NCBI GenBank assembly: GCA_964016885.1
Contig: OZ024753.1
Coordinates: 24,800,001 to 24,864,000 of the forward strand
Direction of reading: 5' to 3'
Source: Eledone cirrhosa
Lineage: Eukaryota
Length of the DNA stretch: 64,000 nt
Shown: in pieces, positions 62,711-64,000 of the stretch
Numbering within the stretch: position 1 is the first letter of the stretch
Layout of the letters: every line of letters begins with the position of its first letter
Made by a program: the position numbers and the translations under genes
Notes under the pieces: generated by a model
What the model saw: the letters and a program-made list of their open reading frames with translations, nothing else
The model's database searches: none
Told to the model about the DNA's origin: nothing

Positions 62711-64000
62711 GTCAAGATATAGAAACATGATAGTAATAACTCCAGTCAAGATATAGAAACTTGATAGTAATAACTCCAACCAAGACATAGAAACATGATA
62801 ATAATAACTCCAGTCAAGACATAGAAACATGATAGTAATAACTCCAACCAAGACATAGAAACATGATAGTAATAACTCCAACCAACATATAGAAACATGA
62901 TAGTAATAACGCCAGTCAAGATATAGAAACATGATAGTAATAACTCCAGTCAAGACATCGAAACAGGATAGTAATAACTCCCGCCAAGATATAGAGACAG
63001 GATAGTAATAACTCCAGTCAAGACATAGAAACATGATAGTAATAACTCCTGTCAAGATATAGAAACATGATAGTAATAACTCCAACCAAGACATAGAAAC
63101 AGGATAGTAATGAATCTAGCCAAGATATAGAAACATGATAGTAATAACTCCAGTCAAGATATAGAAACATGATAGTAATAGCTCCAACCAAGACATAGAA
63201 ACATGATAGTAATAACTCCAACCAAACATAGAAACAGGATAGTAATAACTCCAGCGAAGACATAGAAACATGATAGTAATAACTCCAACCAAACATAGAA
63301 ACATGATAGTAATAACCCCAACCAAGATATAGAAACAGGATAGTAATAACTCCAACCAAGACATAGAAACAGGATAGTAATAACTCCAGTCAAGATATAG
63401 AAACATGATAGTAATAACTCCAACCAAGATATAGAAACATGATAGTAATAACTCCAACCAAGACATACAAACATGATAGTAATAACTCCAGCCAAGATAT
63501 AGAAACATGATAGTAATAACTCCAACCAAGACATAGAAACATGATAATAATAACTCCAGTCAAGACATAGAAACATGATAGTAATAACTCCAACTAAGAC
63601 ATAGAAACATGATAGTAATAACTCCAGTCAAGACATAGAAACATGATAGTAATAACTCCAGTCAAGACATAGAAACATGATAGTAATAACTCCAACCAAC
63701 ATATAGAAACATGATAGTAATAACGCCAGTCAAGATATAGAAACATGATAGTAATAACTCCAGCCAAGACATAGAAACATGATAGTAATAACTCCAGCCA
63801 AGACATAGAAACATGATAGTAATAACTCCCGCCAAGATATAGAAACATGATAGTAATAACTCGAGTCAAGAGATAGAAACATGATAGTAATAACTCAAGT
63901 CAAGACTTAGAAACATGATAGTAATAACTCCAGTCAAGATATAGAAACATGATAATAATAACCCCGATCAAGTTATAGAAACATGATAGTAATAACTCCA

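Larger units (their letters stand above)
1..64000. repeat. Tandem satellite/minisatellite array with a 34-bp monomer, ~1,880 copies, all head-to-tail, running to both window edges
   Basis: AACTCCAACCAAGACATAGAAACATGATAGTAAT and 1-4 substitution variants recur every 34 bp from base 1 to base 64000. I saw no non-repeat interval or reverse-orientation copy. The minus-strand translations repeat every 34 aa (102 bp = 3 monomers). Confidence 0.99.

Noticed and set aside
9-63869. Hundreds of minus-strand ORFs (up to 476 aa) encoding hydrophobic SWLELLLSCFYVLVGVITIMFLCLGWSYYYHVSM repeats
   Set aside because: They overlap in all three frames with the same peptide because a stop-free 34-bp unit is read in rotating frame. 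Their ends are set by monomer SNPs, and there is no unique domain or frame preference.
1-64000. CRISPR array: the unit length is CRISPR-like, and ATAGAAAC/GTTTCTAT resembles the ATTGAAAC repeat end (an exact ATTGAAAC occurs at ~62277)
   Set aside because: Units are directly adjacent with no unique spacers, no leader and no cas genes. The single exact match is a point variant.
1-64000. RIP-like CpA>TpA mutation signature (GACAT>GATAT, CTCCA>CTCTA, CATGA>CATAA, AACCA>AACTA, AACAT>AATAT)
   Set aside because: Most CpA/TpG sites remain intact and multi-kb duplicates are near identical. Transversions (T>G, T>A, A>T) are also common, and the variants are inherited through duplication rather than arising independently.
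1-64000. Telomerase-type telomeric repeat or G-quadruplex array (strand asymmetry, GGTTGGAG on the minus strand)
   Set aside because: The unit is 34 bp with only two GG dinucleotides. Inherited SNPs and kb-scale duplications indicate recombination rather than templated synthesis, and no chromosome end is visible.
1-64000. Plasmid/phage iterons, origin repeats, structured ncRNA, tRNA/rRNA or terminators
   Set aside because: The scale (64 kb) and the absence of any rep or other gene argue against iterons. The monomer has no inverted repeat beyond 4-bp palindromes such as CATG, so no stable hairpin or RNA-gene motif is evident.

Overview
The whole 64 kb window is one uninterrupted, head-to-tail tandem array of a 34-bp AT-rich monomer (about 1,880 copies by length/34). 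The + strand consensus is AACTCCA(AC/GT/GC)CAAGA(C/T)ATAGAAACA(T/G/A)GATAGTAAT, which is 50% A and 32% GC for the AC/C/T form. I see no unique sequence, inversion, transposon insertion, RNA gene, CRISPR spacer or credible protein-coding gene. All ORF-track entries are on the minus strand and are artefacts of a stop-free reverse-complement monomer. The informative structure lies in the order of monomer variants. A recurring ~25-30-monomer variant cassette has been amplified by nested duplications with offsets of 272, 680, 713, 1291, 1427, 1970, 3805, 4108/4176, 5164, 5266, 8861 and 9309 bp. There is also a whole-monomer conversion event, a distinct AAGATAG monomer subfamily, and an unhomogenised divergent patch at ~61.65-62.7 kb. 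This is best read as eukaryotic-type satellite/minisatellite DNA with higher-order repeats; the organism and any function cannot be determined from the sequence. I found no well-supported novel gene system, and the functional ideas below are labelled as speculative.
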